Position numbers and translations under genes: made by a program
The notes under the pieces: generated by a model
Database searches by the model: none
The model's input: the letters and a program-made list of their open reading frames with translations, nothing else
What the model was told of the DNA's origin: nothing
Source: Candidatus Aminicenantes bacterium
GTDB taxonomy: Bacteria > Acidobacteriota > Aminicenantia > Aminicenantales > UBA4085
NCBI GenBank assembly: GCA_026393895.1
Contig: JAPKZG010000043.1
Span: 7,761 to 71,760, forward strand
Direction: 5' to 3'
DNA length: 64,000 nucleotides
Part shown: positions 30,694-39,566 of the stretch, one piece after another
Layout of the letters: each line of letters begins with the position of its first letter
Position numbering within the stretch: position 1 is the first letter of the stretch

Positions 30694-30722
30694 TTGACCT
30701 AAGGTCGGAGCTCGGTTATTAT
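30694..30722 (+). promoter_or_regulatory. sigma70-like promoter TTGACC-17-TATTAT for the POT transporter; a possible second extended -10 TGTAGAAT at 30668-30675
   Basis: ttgacctaaggtcggagctcggttattat, RBS aaggag 30758-30763, ATG 30769. Confidence 0.45.
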
Positions 30723-30768
30723 GCTTCCTCGCTGCGGCGACCGCTGAATCCCGCGAAGGAGTCTCCCG

Positions 30769-32157
30769 ATGAGCGATACGCCCGCCCCGGCCGGAAAGGC
30801 CCGGTTCCCCCGCACGTTCTGGACGGCCAACACGATCGAGCTGTTCGAACGAGCCGCCTACTACTCGATGGCCTCGTTCATGGTCATCTATCTCAAGGAA
30901 AACCTGGGTATGACCCCTGCGGCGGCCACCTTCCTCAACGGAGCCATCCTTTGGGGGCTGGTTTATTTCCTGCCCATCCTCTCCGGGACGATCGCCGACA
31001 AGTACGGGTATAAAAAATCCCTCTCGGTTGCGCTCGTTCTCATTTCCGTCGGCTACCTCGTCATGGGCAACCTCCAGGAGTTCTGGCCGGGCTTGTCAGG
31101 GACAGCGGAAGGAGTCCCAGTCAACTATCTCCTCCCTGTCGTCGTGGCGATCGTCTTCATCGGCATCGGCGGGTCGATCGTCAAACCCTGCATCGCCGGG
31201 ACGGTCCAGAAAACGTCCGGGATGCACGCGACCCTGGCCTTCGGTATTTTCTACATGGTCATCAACATCGGTTCGATCACCGGCCGGGCGGTTTCCTATT
31301 TCGTGCGGATCAACTTCGGCATCCCGGCGATCTTCACCTACGTGGCGACGGTTTTCGCCCTGGTCGGGCTGGCCGTCGTGCTGTTGGTATACAAGGAACC
31401 GCAGTTCGTCAGCGACGGGAAAAAGGACGGCCAGGTCGTCAAGCGCCGCTCCCTGGGCGAGGCGCTCCTGGGCATTATCACCGTCCTGGGTAACATTCGC
31501 TTCGTCTTTTTTCTCATCGTCCTGTCTCTCTTCTGGTTCCTTTACTCCCAGCTTTACAATCTCATGCCCTTGTTCATGCGCTTCATCGAGCCTAACGCCC
31601 CGATGGAGCTTTACACGATGGCCAATCCCCTGATGATCGTCTGTTTCCAGCTCCTGATCACCAAGTTCGCCAAGAAGTGGACACCGATCAAGTCGATCAT
31701 GGTCGGAGTCGCGGTGACGACCGTCGGGATGGTCGTCAACGTCCTCCCGACCCTGCTCTGGTCGAACGTAACCCAGAAAATCAGCTTCCTCGGGCTGGCC
31801 ATCCCGGCCGCCGGGATCTTCATGATCGTCTCCATCGCCTCGATGGCCACCGGGGAGATGTTCGCCTCCCCGCGGATTTACGAATACCTGGGCGCCCTCG
31901 CCCCCAAGGGGCAGGAAGGCTTGTATCTCGGGTACGCCAACCTTCCGGTCGCCCTGGGGAGCATCCTAGGCGGTCTAGTCGGCGGTGAGCTGTTTCAGAA
32001 ATTGATCCTCGATCCGCAGAAAGCGGGCGAACCCGTCAGGATCGCCGCTCTCTGGCTCATCATCGGCGGGGTCGGGATCTGCTCGTTCGTCGGGCTGGGA
32101 ATCTACAACTCCTGGTTGAAACGGATTCTTAAGAAGAACAGAACGGCGGCGGCCTGA
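30769..32157 (+). CDS. MFS transporter, proton-dependent oligopeptide (POT/PTR2) family
   Basis: 462 aa; POT signature-like TIELFERAAYYSMASF; 12-14 TM. Confidence 0.7.
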   Translation: MSDTPAPAGKARFPRTFWTANTIELFERAAYYSMASFMVIYLKENLGMTPAAATFLNGAILWGLVYFLPILSGTIADKYGYKKSLSVALVLISVGYLVMGNLQEFWPGLSGTAEGVPVNYLLPVVVAIVFIGIGGSIVKPCIAGTVQKTSGMHATLAFGIFYMVINIGSITGRAVSYFVRINFGIPAIFTYVATVFALVGLAVVLLVYKEPQFVSDGKKDGQVVKRRSLGEALLGIITVLGNIRFVFFLIVLSLFWFLYSQLYNLMPLFMRFIEPNAPMELYTMANPLMIVCFQLLITKFAKKWTPIKSIMVGVAVTTVGMVVNVLPTLLWSNVTQKISFLGLAIPAAGIFMIVSIASMATGEMFASPRIYEYLGALAPKGQEGLYLGYANLPVALGSILGGLVGGELFQKLILDPQKAGEPVRIAALWLIIGGVGICSFVGLGIYNSWLKRILKKNRTAAA

Positions 32158-32171
32158 GCCGCCGCTCGGCC

Positions 32172-32612
32172 TCAGGACGGCCGGTACAGAATGAGATTGT
32201 TCAGGCCGTTCTGGTGGAACTCGGCGTAGAATTTGTCCATCAACTCCCGCTCGAGCTTGCCCCGGTCCTCGGCCGACATGGCCTCGACCGCGTCGCGGCC
32301 GTACCGCGTCTCCAAATCCCGCTCGGCCAGCCGATGCATGAGTTCGTCCCAGAACAGGTCGTTGATGTAGTCGTCATGGACCGCGAGCCAGGCGTCCTCG
32401 GTCTCCGCCACCGGATAAAAGGCGTCGAGTTCCTCGTCGTAAACGGTGAGGTTGCCCAGGCCGAAATCAGTCGCCTTGGCATAGATGTAGTTTTCCAGGT
32501 GGTCGGTCTCGATGACGGGATCCTTCTCCCGGAACCCATTGACCACGGTATTGCCGAGATAGACCAGCTTCATCAAGGTCTCGTATTGCGCTTTCGTCAG
32601 CTTGAGTTCCAT
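32172..32612 (-). CDS. hypothetical acidic cytoplasmic protein (146 aa), no recognisable domain
   Basis: ORF with high-GC codon usage; 76 bp downstream of hutH on the same strand. Confidence 0.5.
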   Translation of the reverse strand: MELKLTKAQYETLMKLVYLGNTVVNGFREKDPVIETDHLENYIYAKATDFGLGNLTVYDEELDAFYPVAETEDAWLAVHDDYINDLFWDELMHRLAERDLETRYGRDAVEAMSAEDRGKLERELMDKFYAEFHQNGLNNLILYRPS

Positions 32613-32688
32613 CGCCGGGCCTCATGAAAAATGGGAAAATGAATATGTCATTATAGCACAAGGCGGCCCGGGCTTCAGGGAGCGGACT

Positions 32689-34209
32689 TCAATGGAGCGG
32701 CCCGGCCGCTTCCCGAGCGACGCGGACCAGTTCCCCGCTCCGGATCAATTCCCGCATCTTGTTGACCTCAGGCTTGAGGTACCGGTCCCGGCCCAGGTGA
32801 GGGATATTTTTCCGGATCGCCGCATGAACCGCGGCCACCCCTTTTCCAGGTCGCAGGGGCGCGTGGAAGTCCAGGGCCTGGGCGGCGGAAACGATCTCGA
32901 TGGACAGAACCCAGAGCACGTTCTCAAAAATGCGCCGGGCCTTGCGGCAGGCGAAGGTTCCCATGGAGACGTGATCTTCCTGGTTGGCGCTGGTCGGAAT
33001 GCTGTCTACGCTCGCCGGGTGGGCCAGGACTTTGTTCTCGGAAACGAGGCTGGCGGCGGTGTACTGGGAAATCATCAGGCCGCTATGGAGCCCGCCCTGT
33101 TCGGCGAGAAACGCCGGAAGGCCGGAGAGCGCCGGGTTGAGCATCTGTTCGACGCGGCGTTCGCTGATGTTCGCCAGCTCGGAAAGCGCGATCCCCGCGT
33201 AATCGGCGGCGAAAGCCAGCGGCTGGCCGTGGAAATTGCCCCCGGAGATGACCCGGCCCTCCTCCGGGAAAATGAGCGGATTGTCGGTAACCGAATTCAT
33301 TTCGATCGCGATCACCCCGTCCATATGCCGGAGAGCATCCCGGCTGGCCCCGTGGACCTGGGGAGTCGCCCGCAGCGAATACGCGTCCTGGACCTTGGCG
33401 CAACCGGCGTGGGATTCCCGGATCTCCGATTCCGCGAGCAGCCGGCGGAGGTTTTCCGCAGTCTCCACGGCTCCGGGATGAGGCCGGACGCCCGTGACCA
33501 GTTCGTCGAAGGGCGAATGGCTGCCTTTCAGGGCTTCCACACTCATGGCCGCGGCGATGTCGGCGGTCGTCAACAGGACCCGGGCGTCCGCGGCTAAAAG
33601 AGCCAGCACGCTGCACATGACCTGGGTGCCGTTGATGAGGGCCAGCCCTTCCTTGGCCTCCAGCTCGAGCGGTTCGAACCCGAGGGAGGCCAGGGCCTCG
33701 GCCGCCGGCCAGATGGTCCCTTCGAATTCGACCTCGCCTTCGCCGATCAGGGCCAAGGCCATATGGGCGAGCGGCGCAAGGTCGCCGCTGGCCCCCACCG
33801 AACCCTGGGAGGGAATGAGGGGGTGCAATTCCCTGTTAAGGAATTCGAGAAGCCGTTGGACGACCGACTCGCGGATGCCGCTGTGTCCGTAGGCCAGGCT
33901 TTGGGCGCGGAGAAGAAGGATGCCGCGGACGACATCGGCGGGAAACGGCCCACCGACGCCGATCGCATGGGAGAGGATCAGGTTCCGCTGCAGCTCCCGG
34001 AGTTTATCCGCTTCGATACGGGTGTTTTGAAACTTGCCGAAGCCGGTGTTGACGCCGTAAACCGCCTCTCCGCTCCGGAGAATCTTTTCGATCGCGGCTC
34101 GCCCCTTCCGTAACCGTTCCTTGGACCAGACGCTCAGGCAGACGGGCTCGCGCTCCCGGACGACGCGCAGAAATTCCTCCATGGACAGGTGAGCATCGAT
34201 TTCTATCAT
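32689..34209 (-). CDS. hutH: histidine ammonia-lyase
   Basis: 506 aa; MIO-forming [16 protein letters not shown] motif. Confidence 0.9.
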   Translation of the reverse strand: MIEIDAHLSMEEFLRVVREREPVCLSVWSKERLRKGRAAIEKILRSGEAVYGVNTGFGKFQNTRIEADKLRELQRNLILSHAIGVGGPFPADVVRGILLLRAQSLAYGHSGIRESVVQRLLEFLNRELHPLIPSQGSVGASGDLAPLAHMALALIGEGEVEFEGTIWPAAEALASLGFEPLELEAKEGLALINGTQVMCSVLALLAADARVLLTTADIAAAMSVEALKGSHSPFDELVTGVRPHPGAVETAENLRRLLAESEIRESHAGCAKVQDAYSLRATPQVHGASRDALRHMDGVIAIEMNSVTDNPLIFPEEGRVISGGNFHGQPLAFAADYAGIALSELANISERRVEQMLNPALSGLPAFLAEQGGLHSGLMISQYTAASLVSENKVLAHPASVDSIPTSANQEDHVSMGTFACRKARRIFENVLWVLSIEIVSAAQALDFHAPLRPGKGVAAVHAAIRKNIPHLGRDRYLKPEVNKMRELIRSGELVRVAREAAGPLH

Positions 34210-34314
34210 GTTCTCTCCTTGCGGGGCCCTACCTCCCGCGTCTTCCGGAAGACGGCCGGAAACATTTTAAATGATTAAACGGAAGATTTCATCCGCGGGC
34301 GATCAGGAACCCGA

Positions 34315-34350
34315 CCGGGCAAAAAAAAGCGGGAGAAGATGGAATCCTCT
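34315..34350. repeat. left copy of flanking direct repeat ccgggcaaaaaaaagcgggagaaga (25 bp perfect, ~36 bp with degenerate tail)
   Basis: identical 25-mer recurs at 35983-36007. Confidence 0.8.
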
Positions 34351-34380
34351 GTTTTTTCAGCCCGTAAATGCTGTTCAGTC

Positions 34381-34409
34381 TTGACGCTGCCTGGGCCGCA
34401 TTATATATT
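34381..34409 (+). promoter_or_regulatory. sigma70-like promoter TTGACG-17-TATATT inside the cassette
   Basis: ttgacgctgcctgggccgcattatatatt, RBS gaggaatgg, ATG 34438. Confidence 0.4.
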
Positions 34410-34437
34410 GAATCCATAGACGAGGAATGGACAAGTC

Positions 34438-35898
34438 ATGGTCAAGATTTCCGCTCGGATTTTCACTTTTATTTTTGTTTTGATTTCCGTGACCTTATCG
34501 ACAAGTTTTTATGGGGGGAAGAGCCCTCGAGTCCCGGATCAAACGCCCTGTCCTCAACAGGATTTTTCCACGCCGGAGAATGACGCTACGGCGGCGTCTC
34601 CTTTATGGATCAGAGGCTTTCGCGGTTTTTTTGCGGTGATTCCCGAACCTAAACTCGAATTATGCAGATTTATCGACGTTCAGCCGGCTGACGACGGAGG
34701 GTTCGTGGCTGCCGGATACACCCAACTTTTCACTTATAACCCTGACCATGATTATTACGAAGCTTTGATCATGAAAATCAACTCCTTTGGTGAGGTCGTT
34801 TGGAAAGTCCTATTTCCGCCCGATTTAAATGCCGACACAAATTTATGTGGACTCAACAGTCTGATCCGGACAAAGGACGGGGGGTACCTCGCGGTGGGGT
34901 TCATCTCAAAAGGAAACGGGCAGTCGAAAGTGCTCCTGATGAAAATCGAGCGGGCGGGCATGGTGAAGTGGATCAAATCTTATGGGGGTAACAGTCTGGA
35001 TTCAGGGTATCAGGCCATAGAGAACAATGACGGGGGATTTACCGTTGCCGCCTCAACGAGCTCCTTCCAATCCCAGGGAACAGATATCTGGATATTCAAA
35101 GTGAATTCTTATGGAGACATGATCTGGCAAAGAGCCCTCGGCACCGCCATGGCCGATGAGCCCTCCTCCATTCAGGCGACCCCCGACGGAGGATCCATCG
35201 TCGTCGGTAGTTCCTGGAATGGTTACGGTCGAGCGTTTGCTCTTCGTTTGAACGGCAACGGCACGGTGAAATGGTATAAAACCTATTTTGAAGCAGGATA
35301 TTTCAATGATCATAGTTATGATTCCGAATTCAACTCAGTCGTCTGCGAGCCGAATGGTACTTTTATAATCGCCGGAAAGAGCGGAGTAGCCTGCTGCGAC
35401 GATCAATCCAACAACAAACCTTGGTTGCTCAAATTGAACTCCTCCGGGGATCTCATCTGGCAGCGGGGAATCAATTCGGAATTCAGCATACCCACGGATC
35501 TTATTAAAACTCGAGACGGCGGATACTTCATGACCGCGTATAATGCCGTTTATAAAATTGATGCGGCCGGCTTTACCCAATGGGGCAGAATCTATAGCAA
35601 TTCCAATGTCGGAATAGGTGCGGTTGCTGTTTCCCAGAAAAACGATGGCGGCTATCTCCTCGTCGGGGAACTCTGGTCCTCGGATAAATACTATCTGCTG
35701 GCGATGAGCTTGGGTCCGGGAGCCGGAACCGGGTCGTTGAATTGCGGTTTAGCGCAGGGAGCCTCGGTGGGCAGCTGGGTGCCCGTCGCTACCTTTAAAC
35801 CGGCCAATTACAAAATCCGTCAAACCAAGGCGACAGTACATCGGCTGACCTACACGCCCTACGCCCGATCATTCACGGTCAGGAAAATCTGCGGATAA
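34438..35898 (+). CDS. secreted repeat protein, predicted 7-bladed beta-propeller (seven ~45-50-aa units each with a DGG[YF]...G and a G.V.W.K/R motif); low GC
   Basis: 486 aa; signal peptide; repeats KDGGYLAVG, NDGGFTVAAS, PDGGSIVVG, RDGGYFMTAY, NDGGYLLVG with FGEVVWK, AGMVKWIK, YGDMIWQR, NGTVKWYK, SGDLIWQR, AGFTQWGR; GC visibly below flanks (~50% vs ~65%). Confidence 0.7.
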   Translation: MVKISARIFTFIFVLISVTLSTSFYGGKSPRVPDQTPCPQQDFSTPENDATAASPLWIRGFRGFFAVIPEPKLELCRFIDVQPADDGGFVAAGYTQLFTYNPDHDYYEALIMKINSFGEVVWKVLFPPDLNADTNLCGLNSLIRTKDGGYLAVGFISKGNGQSKVLLMKIERAGMVKWIKSYGGNSLDSGYQAIENNDGGFTVAASTSSFQSQGTDIWIFKVNSYGDMIWQRALGTAMADEPSSIQATPDGGSIVVGSSWNGYGRAFALRLNGNGTVKWYKTYFEAGYFNDHSYDSEFNSVVCEPNGTFIIAGKSGVACCDDQSNNKPWLLKLNSSGDLIWQRGINSEFSIPTDLIKTRDGGYFMTAYNAVYKIDAAGFTQWGRIYSNSNVGIGAVAVSQKNDGGYLLVGELWSSDKYYLLAMSLGPGAGTGSLNCGLAQGASVGSWVPVATFKPANYKIRQTKATVHRLTYTPYARSFTVRKICG

Positions 35899-35982
35899 TC
35901 GGATTTTCTATCCTGAAATCCGACGGAACATCGAATTATTCTCCCTACGACCGGCCTGAGGATCTTCTTCCCCGCCGAAATC

Positions 35983-36019
35983 CGGGCAAAAAAAAGCGGG
36001 AGAAGAAATCCATCCTCTC
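35983..36019. repeat. right copy of flanking direct repeat ccgggcaaaaaaaagcgggagaaga
   Basis: 25/25 identity with 34315-34339. Confidence 0.8.
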
Positions 36020-36046
36020 CCGCAAGACTGCGGCAAAGACTGTTTC

Positions 36047-36454
36047 TTATTCGATCCAGATTTTGATCGCCTCGTCGCCGTCGTTGACTTCGACCAGGGC
36101 CAGGGGCCCGGCCTTTTTCAACTGGTCCAGGATCTCCAGAACGTCGATGTCCAGGTCGCGGCCGTTGCACCGAAAGCCGTGGTGATTATCCGCCGCCGCC
36201 AGCCGGACGAGACCCTCGATCAGACTGAGCGGAAGCGTGATCCGGACGTTCTCTTCTTTCGAATTCCGGTCCGTGATTAAAACCTTAAACCATTTGGGTT
36301 CCCCCCGAACGGCTTCCGGCCGCGCGTCTTCCCGGACCGCGTTTTTGATGACTTGCCAGTTGTCGTTGGACGCGGCCGGCGCCGCGAAGACCGACGTTCC
36401 GAGGACCGCCATCATCGCCATCGTCGCGATGAAGCCTTTTTTCTTAGTTTTCAT
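36047..36454 (-). CDS. small secreted protein carrying the C-terminal ...IKIWIE domain shared with the upstream gene
   Basis: 135 aa; signal peptide; C-terminal ~80 aa align with C-terminus of 36470..37324 product (LDIDVLEILDQLKKAGPLALVEVNDGDEAIKIWIE vs YDIDTILNELKSGGNILEINDDKEGKSIKIWID). Confidence 0.6.
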   Translation of the reverse strand: MKTKKKGFIATMAMMAVLGTSVFAAPAASNDNWQVIKNAVREDARPEAVRGEPKWFKVLITDRNSKEENVRITLPLSLIEGLVRLAAADNHHGFRCNGRDLDIDVLEILDQLKKAGPLALVEVNDGDEAIKIWIE

Positions 36455-36469
36455 GATTTCTCCTTCGGA

Positions 36470-37324
36470 TCAATCGATCCAGATTTTAATGGACTTGCCT
36501 TCCTTGTCGTCGTTGATTTCGAGGATATTTCCACCGGATTTCAGTTCGTTGAGGATCGTATCGATGTCGTAGCCCCGTCCCTTGAGCAGGGCCCGATCTT
36601 CCACGGACATGCCGGACAGGGCCAGGTCGGCCAGGGCAAAGGGGAGGTTGAGCGACAGCTCCGCTTTTTTCGTCAGGACATCGACGATCTGGATATGAAA
36701 CATCCGGACATGACGAACGACCGTCTTGTCGGGCGTTTCCGCCAGAGCCCCGGGCTCGACGCGGAGCAGGGCGATCTTCGCCCGGTCCCGGAGCTCGGGA
36801 TTGGTTTCCTCGGTCAACATCTTCTTCAGAACGGGCACGCTCTTAGCCGCGGCCTTCTTTTCCTTGACATAGCTCAGCCGGATGGCGGCGTAATAGCGGA
36901 CGTCCTTGTCGGGATGAGTCAGCCGCTCCTCCACTTCCGGAAGATACGACCGGTCGCCGCGCTCGCAGAGATTCACGGCCAGATCGATGATCGAGGCCTC
37001 CGCGTCCGCGCTGAGGCTCTTATTGCGGTCGCCGCGGCCGATGTATGCTCGGTAGGCCCGGAGGGCGTCTTCGTCCCGCCCGCCGATTTCCTCCAGGCAT
37101 TTCGCCCGGTAATACAAAGCCGGGACGAATTGGGAATCCGCCGGATTCCGCGTTAAAAAGGCGTCAAGGCGGGAGAGGGCTTCGGCCCATTTTTCGTCAA
37201 AGACGAGGAGTTTGATCTCCTGGAAGGCCTTGTCCTCCGCCCCCGATGAATCCGCGGCCGGAAGGCTTCCGGAGAGCAGGGCGGCGGCCAAAAGAATTAC
37301 GGGAACAATCGCTCGATGGCGCAT
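36470..37324 (-). CDS. secreted TPR/HEAT-like repeat protein with C-terminal ...IKIWID domain
   Basis: start MRHRAIVPVILLAAALLSG (signal peptide) at ATG 37324..37322, 1 bp after anti-sigma stop; helical repeat middle; C-terminal domain paralogous to the 36047..36454 product. Confidence 0.65.
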   Translation of the reverse strand: MRHRAIVPVILLAAALLSGSLPAADSSGAEDKAFQEIKLLVFDEKWAEALSRLDAFLTRNPADSQFVPALYYRAKCLEEIGGRDEDALRAYRAYIGRGDRNKSLSADAEASIIDLAVNLCERGDRSYLPEVEERLTHPDKDVRYYAAIRLSYVKEKKAAAKSVPVLKKMLTEETNPELRDRAKIALLRVEPGALAETPDKTVVRHVRMFHIQIVDVLTKKAELSLNLPFALADLALSGMSVEDRALLKGRGYDIDTILNELKSGGNILEINDDKEGKSIKIWID

Positions 37325-37325
37325 T

Positions 37326-38126
37326 TCATACCTCACTTTCCGCAAGCTCCTTCCGGAGCAGTTTGATGCGGAGCAACAATTGTTTATCTTCGATATATTT
37401 CTGGATCTTGACCGCTTCCGCGGTCGAAAGATCGCCGCTGATCTGGGAGAGCTCGACAAACAGCCGTTCGATCTGGTCGCAGATGCCCCGGGCCTTGGCG
37501 ATGGAGGCATCGTCCAGGTGGGAGTTCATGAACCGCTTTTTCGCGAGGAGATCGGACGCCCGCCCGGCCGCGGCTTCATCGTGAAGAAGCCGCCCGGCCT
37601 CCTCGGGAGACGCCTGAACGAAATCCAGGAGCAAAGATTGGCTCTTGGAGAGGTAATCGAGCGTTTCACGCTTGGCCACAGACAGCTCCGCCCGATCGAT
37701 GAATTCCCCGGAGGCGTGAATTTCTGAATCGGCCGGCGGCGCGGCGTTCGGCGCCCGGAGGGCGAAATATGTGACGGATGCCCCGATCAGGAGGCCTCCG
37801 AGAACGCCGGCGAAAGCCGGTTTCCAAATGAAGGCACGGGGCCAGCCCGGGAATTCCCGGGCCCGGGACGGGCTTGTTTTCGGCCGGGCCAGGGCCGCGT
37901 CCGCGATTCGCTCGGAGAGGGCGTCCCAGTCCACGGTCGTCATGGCCGTACGGACGTCTTCCTTCAAGGCGTCCGCGCCCTTCATGATCTTTTCCGCGTC
38001 TTCCCAATGTTTTCGGCAATCGGGACACATGGCCAGATGCTCCTTCCACGGGCTTCGGTCGGCGGGCAAGGGAAATCCCTCCGGGCTTGAATCGAATTCT
38101 TTCCGCCATCTCCGGCACGTCTTCAT
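37326..38126 (-). CDS. zinc-finger (ZAS, HxxxCxxC) anti-sigma factor, single TM, periplasmic coiled-coil domain
   Basis: MKTCRRW...HLAMCPDCRKHW motif; TM AFAGVLGGLLIGASVTYFAL; ATGA start/stop overlap with the sigma gene. Confidence 0.7.
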   Translation of the reverse strand: MKTCRRWRKEFDSSPEGFPLPADRSPWKEHLAMCPDCRKHWEDAEKIMKGADALKEDVRTAMTTVDWDALSERIADAALARPKTSPSRAREFPGWPRAFIWKPAFAGVLGGLLIGASVTYFALRAPNAAPPADSEIHASGEFIDRAELSVAKRETLDYLSKSQSLLLDFVQASPEEAGRLLHDEAAAGRASDLLAKKRFMNSHLDDASIAKARGICDQIERLFVELSQISGDLSTAEAVKIQKYIEDKQLLLRIKLLRKELAESEV

Positions 38127-38719
38127 GTTTGATATCCTATATGCGGCTCCATCAGCGTCCGGAGTTTCCGGATCGCCTTGAAATGGAGCGATTTGACCGT
38201 CCCCGTAGAAATATTCAGAACCCGGGCGATTTCCTCGTTGCCCATCTGGTTGACGTGACGCATGAGGAAAATGGTCCGCTGGCGCTCGGCCAAGCGGTCC
38301 ACGGACCGGGCGAGAGCCGCCTTCAAGTCCGAGGAGCGACCGGCATCCGGCGAGCGGTCGTCGGGAAGCGGGATTTCGTCCACCCGGACGCCGCTTTCCA
38401 TCTCCCGCCGGCCGCGCGTTTTGCGATACCGGTCGATGCACAGGTTTTTCGCGACCTGGATAAGCCAGGCCTCGAAATTACGGTCCTCCTGGAACGAATC
38501 GATTTTTTCGTAAATCCGGAGAAAGACGTCCTGGACAAGGTCGACGGCGTCTTCCTTGTTTCTAAAAAAAGAATACGCCAGGATGAAAACTTTTTTCTGA
38601 TAGAGCCGGGTCAGGGCGACGAAAGCCTCCCGGTCCCCGGAACGGATTCCGCGGACAAGGCCCTCGATGACGTCCGGGGAGACGCGGCCGGCGGCTTGCG
38701 GGAGGATTTCGGGGGTCAC
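38123..38719 (-). CDS. ECF (sigma-70 family group 4) RNA polymerase sigma factor
   Basis: 198 aa; region 2 (VQDVFLRIYEKIDSF) and region 4 (MGNEEIARVLNISTGTVKSLHFKAIRKLR). Confidence 0.85.
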   Translation of the reverse strand: MTPEILPQAAGRVSPDVIEGLVRGIRSGDREAFVALTRLYQKKVFILAYSFFRNKEDAVDLVQDVFLRIYEKIDSFQEDRNFEAWLIQVAKNLCIDRYRKTRGRREMESGVRVDEIPLPDDRSPDAGRSSDLKAALARSVDRLAERQRTIFLMRHVNQMGNEEIARVLNISTGTVKSLHFKAIRKLRTLMEPHIGYQT

Positions 38720-38835
38720 ATCATAATAGACGAAACGGGTTCAGGGAAAGTTTACGCCCCCCTCGGGGTGAAATCATGCGGCCCTCTCCTTCCCGGGGAC
38801 CCGCGCTCGAAGCGGGAAAAGAGGAATTTTTCCTT

Positions 38836-39126
38836 TTAGGGCTTGCGGAAATCTCTCCGTTCCTGACCGAAACGGGATTCGGCCGGCCTTTCGGCGCGAG
38901 GTTTCGCCTCGTTGACGATCATCTTGCGCCCTTCCAGTTCCTGGCCGTTCAACTTCAACCGGGCCTCCTCGGCCGCTTCGGGCATGGCCATTTCGACAAA
39001 CCCGTAGCCGCGGTGCGGAAGAATATTCGCCGAAATAACCTCGCCGAACGGGACAAAAACCTGGCGGAGAACGTCCTCGGTCGTTTTGTAGTTGAGGTTA
39101 CCGACGTACAATTTGTTGGAACTCAT
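38836..39126 (-). CDS. RRM-domain RNA-binding protein
   Basis: 96 aa; RNP-2 LYVGNL and RNP-1 RGYGFVEM. Confidence 0.85.
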   Translation of the reverse strand: MSSNKLYVGNLNYKTTEDVLRQVFVPFGEVISANILPHRGYGFVEMAMPEAAEEARLKLNGQELEGRKMIVNEAKPRAERPAESRFGQERRDFRKP

Positions 39127-39445
39127 GAAACGCGACCTCCTCGAACTCCCCTATTTTTCCACACCGGCCCGGGAAAATCAATTACAAAATCCGGGGGTTG
39201 GAAATACCGCGCTTATCGCCACTGAAATGGGCCATATGACGGATTCTCGGTCGGGACACTCCCCTGCTGCCGCCCTTCGGACACGTGGCCAGTTCTGCTT
39301 CCCCTCCAAGGTATACAAGCGGATTTTATCAGTTCTTTCCGCCCATTTCACATTGATGTAAATTGACGCCGATATATGGAAGGAGAAGCCCGCGCACTCG
39401 GGGTGACGCCGAGTCGGGGCGCCCCATCGCTCCGAGCGCAAGGGC

Positions 39446-39485
39446 AAGGCCTTGCCAGTCCTACACGACCCTTGGGAGTCAGGGC
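39446..39485. repeat. copy of dispersed motif CCAGTCCTACACGACCCTTGGGAGTCAGGGCC (family shared with 30283-30315 and 30576-30610)
   Basis: direct comparison of the three sites. Confidence 0.5.
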
Positions 39486-39566
39486 CCCACTGGGGGATGG
39501 GTGGAGCAAGGAAGCGATGGGGCTGCGAGGCGGCAGGACCCTGAGTTTGCGGGCTGGCAAGGCGTC

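Noticed and set aside
34315-36019. Complete mobile element (IS/integron cassette) call for the direct-repeat-bounded region
   Set aside because: No transposase, integrase, inverted terminal repeats or attC-like site could be identified; reported only as a repeat-flanked low-GC cassette.
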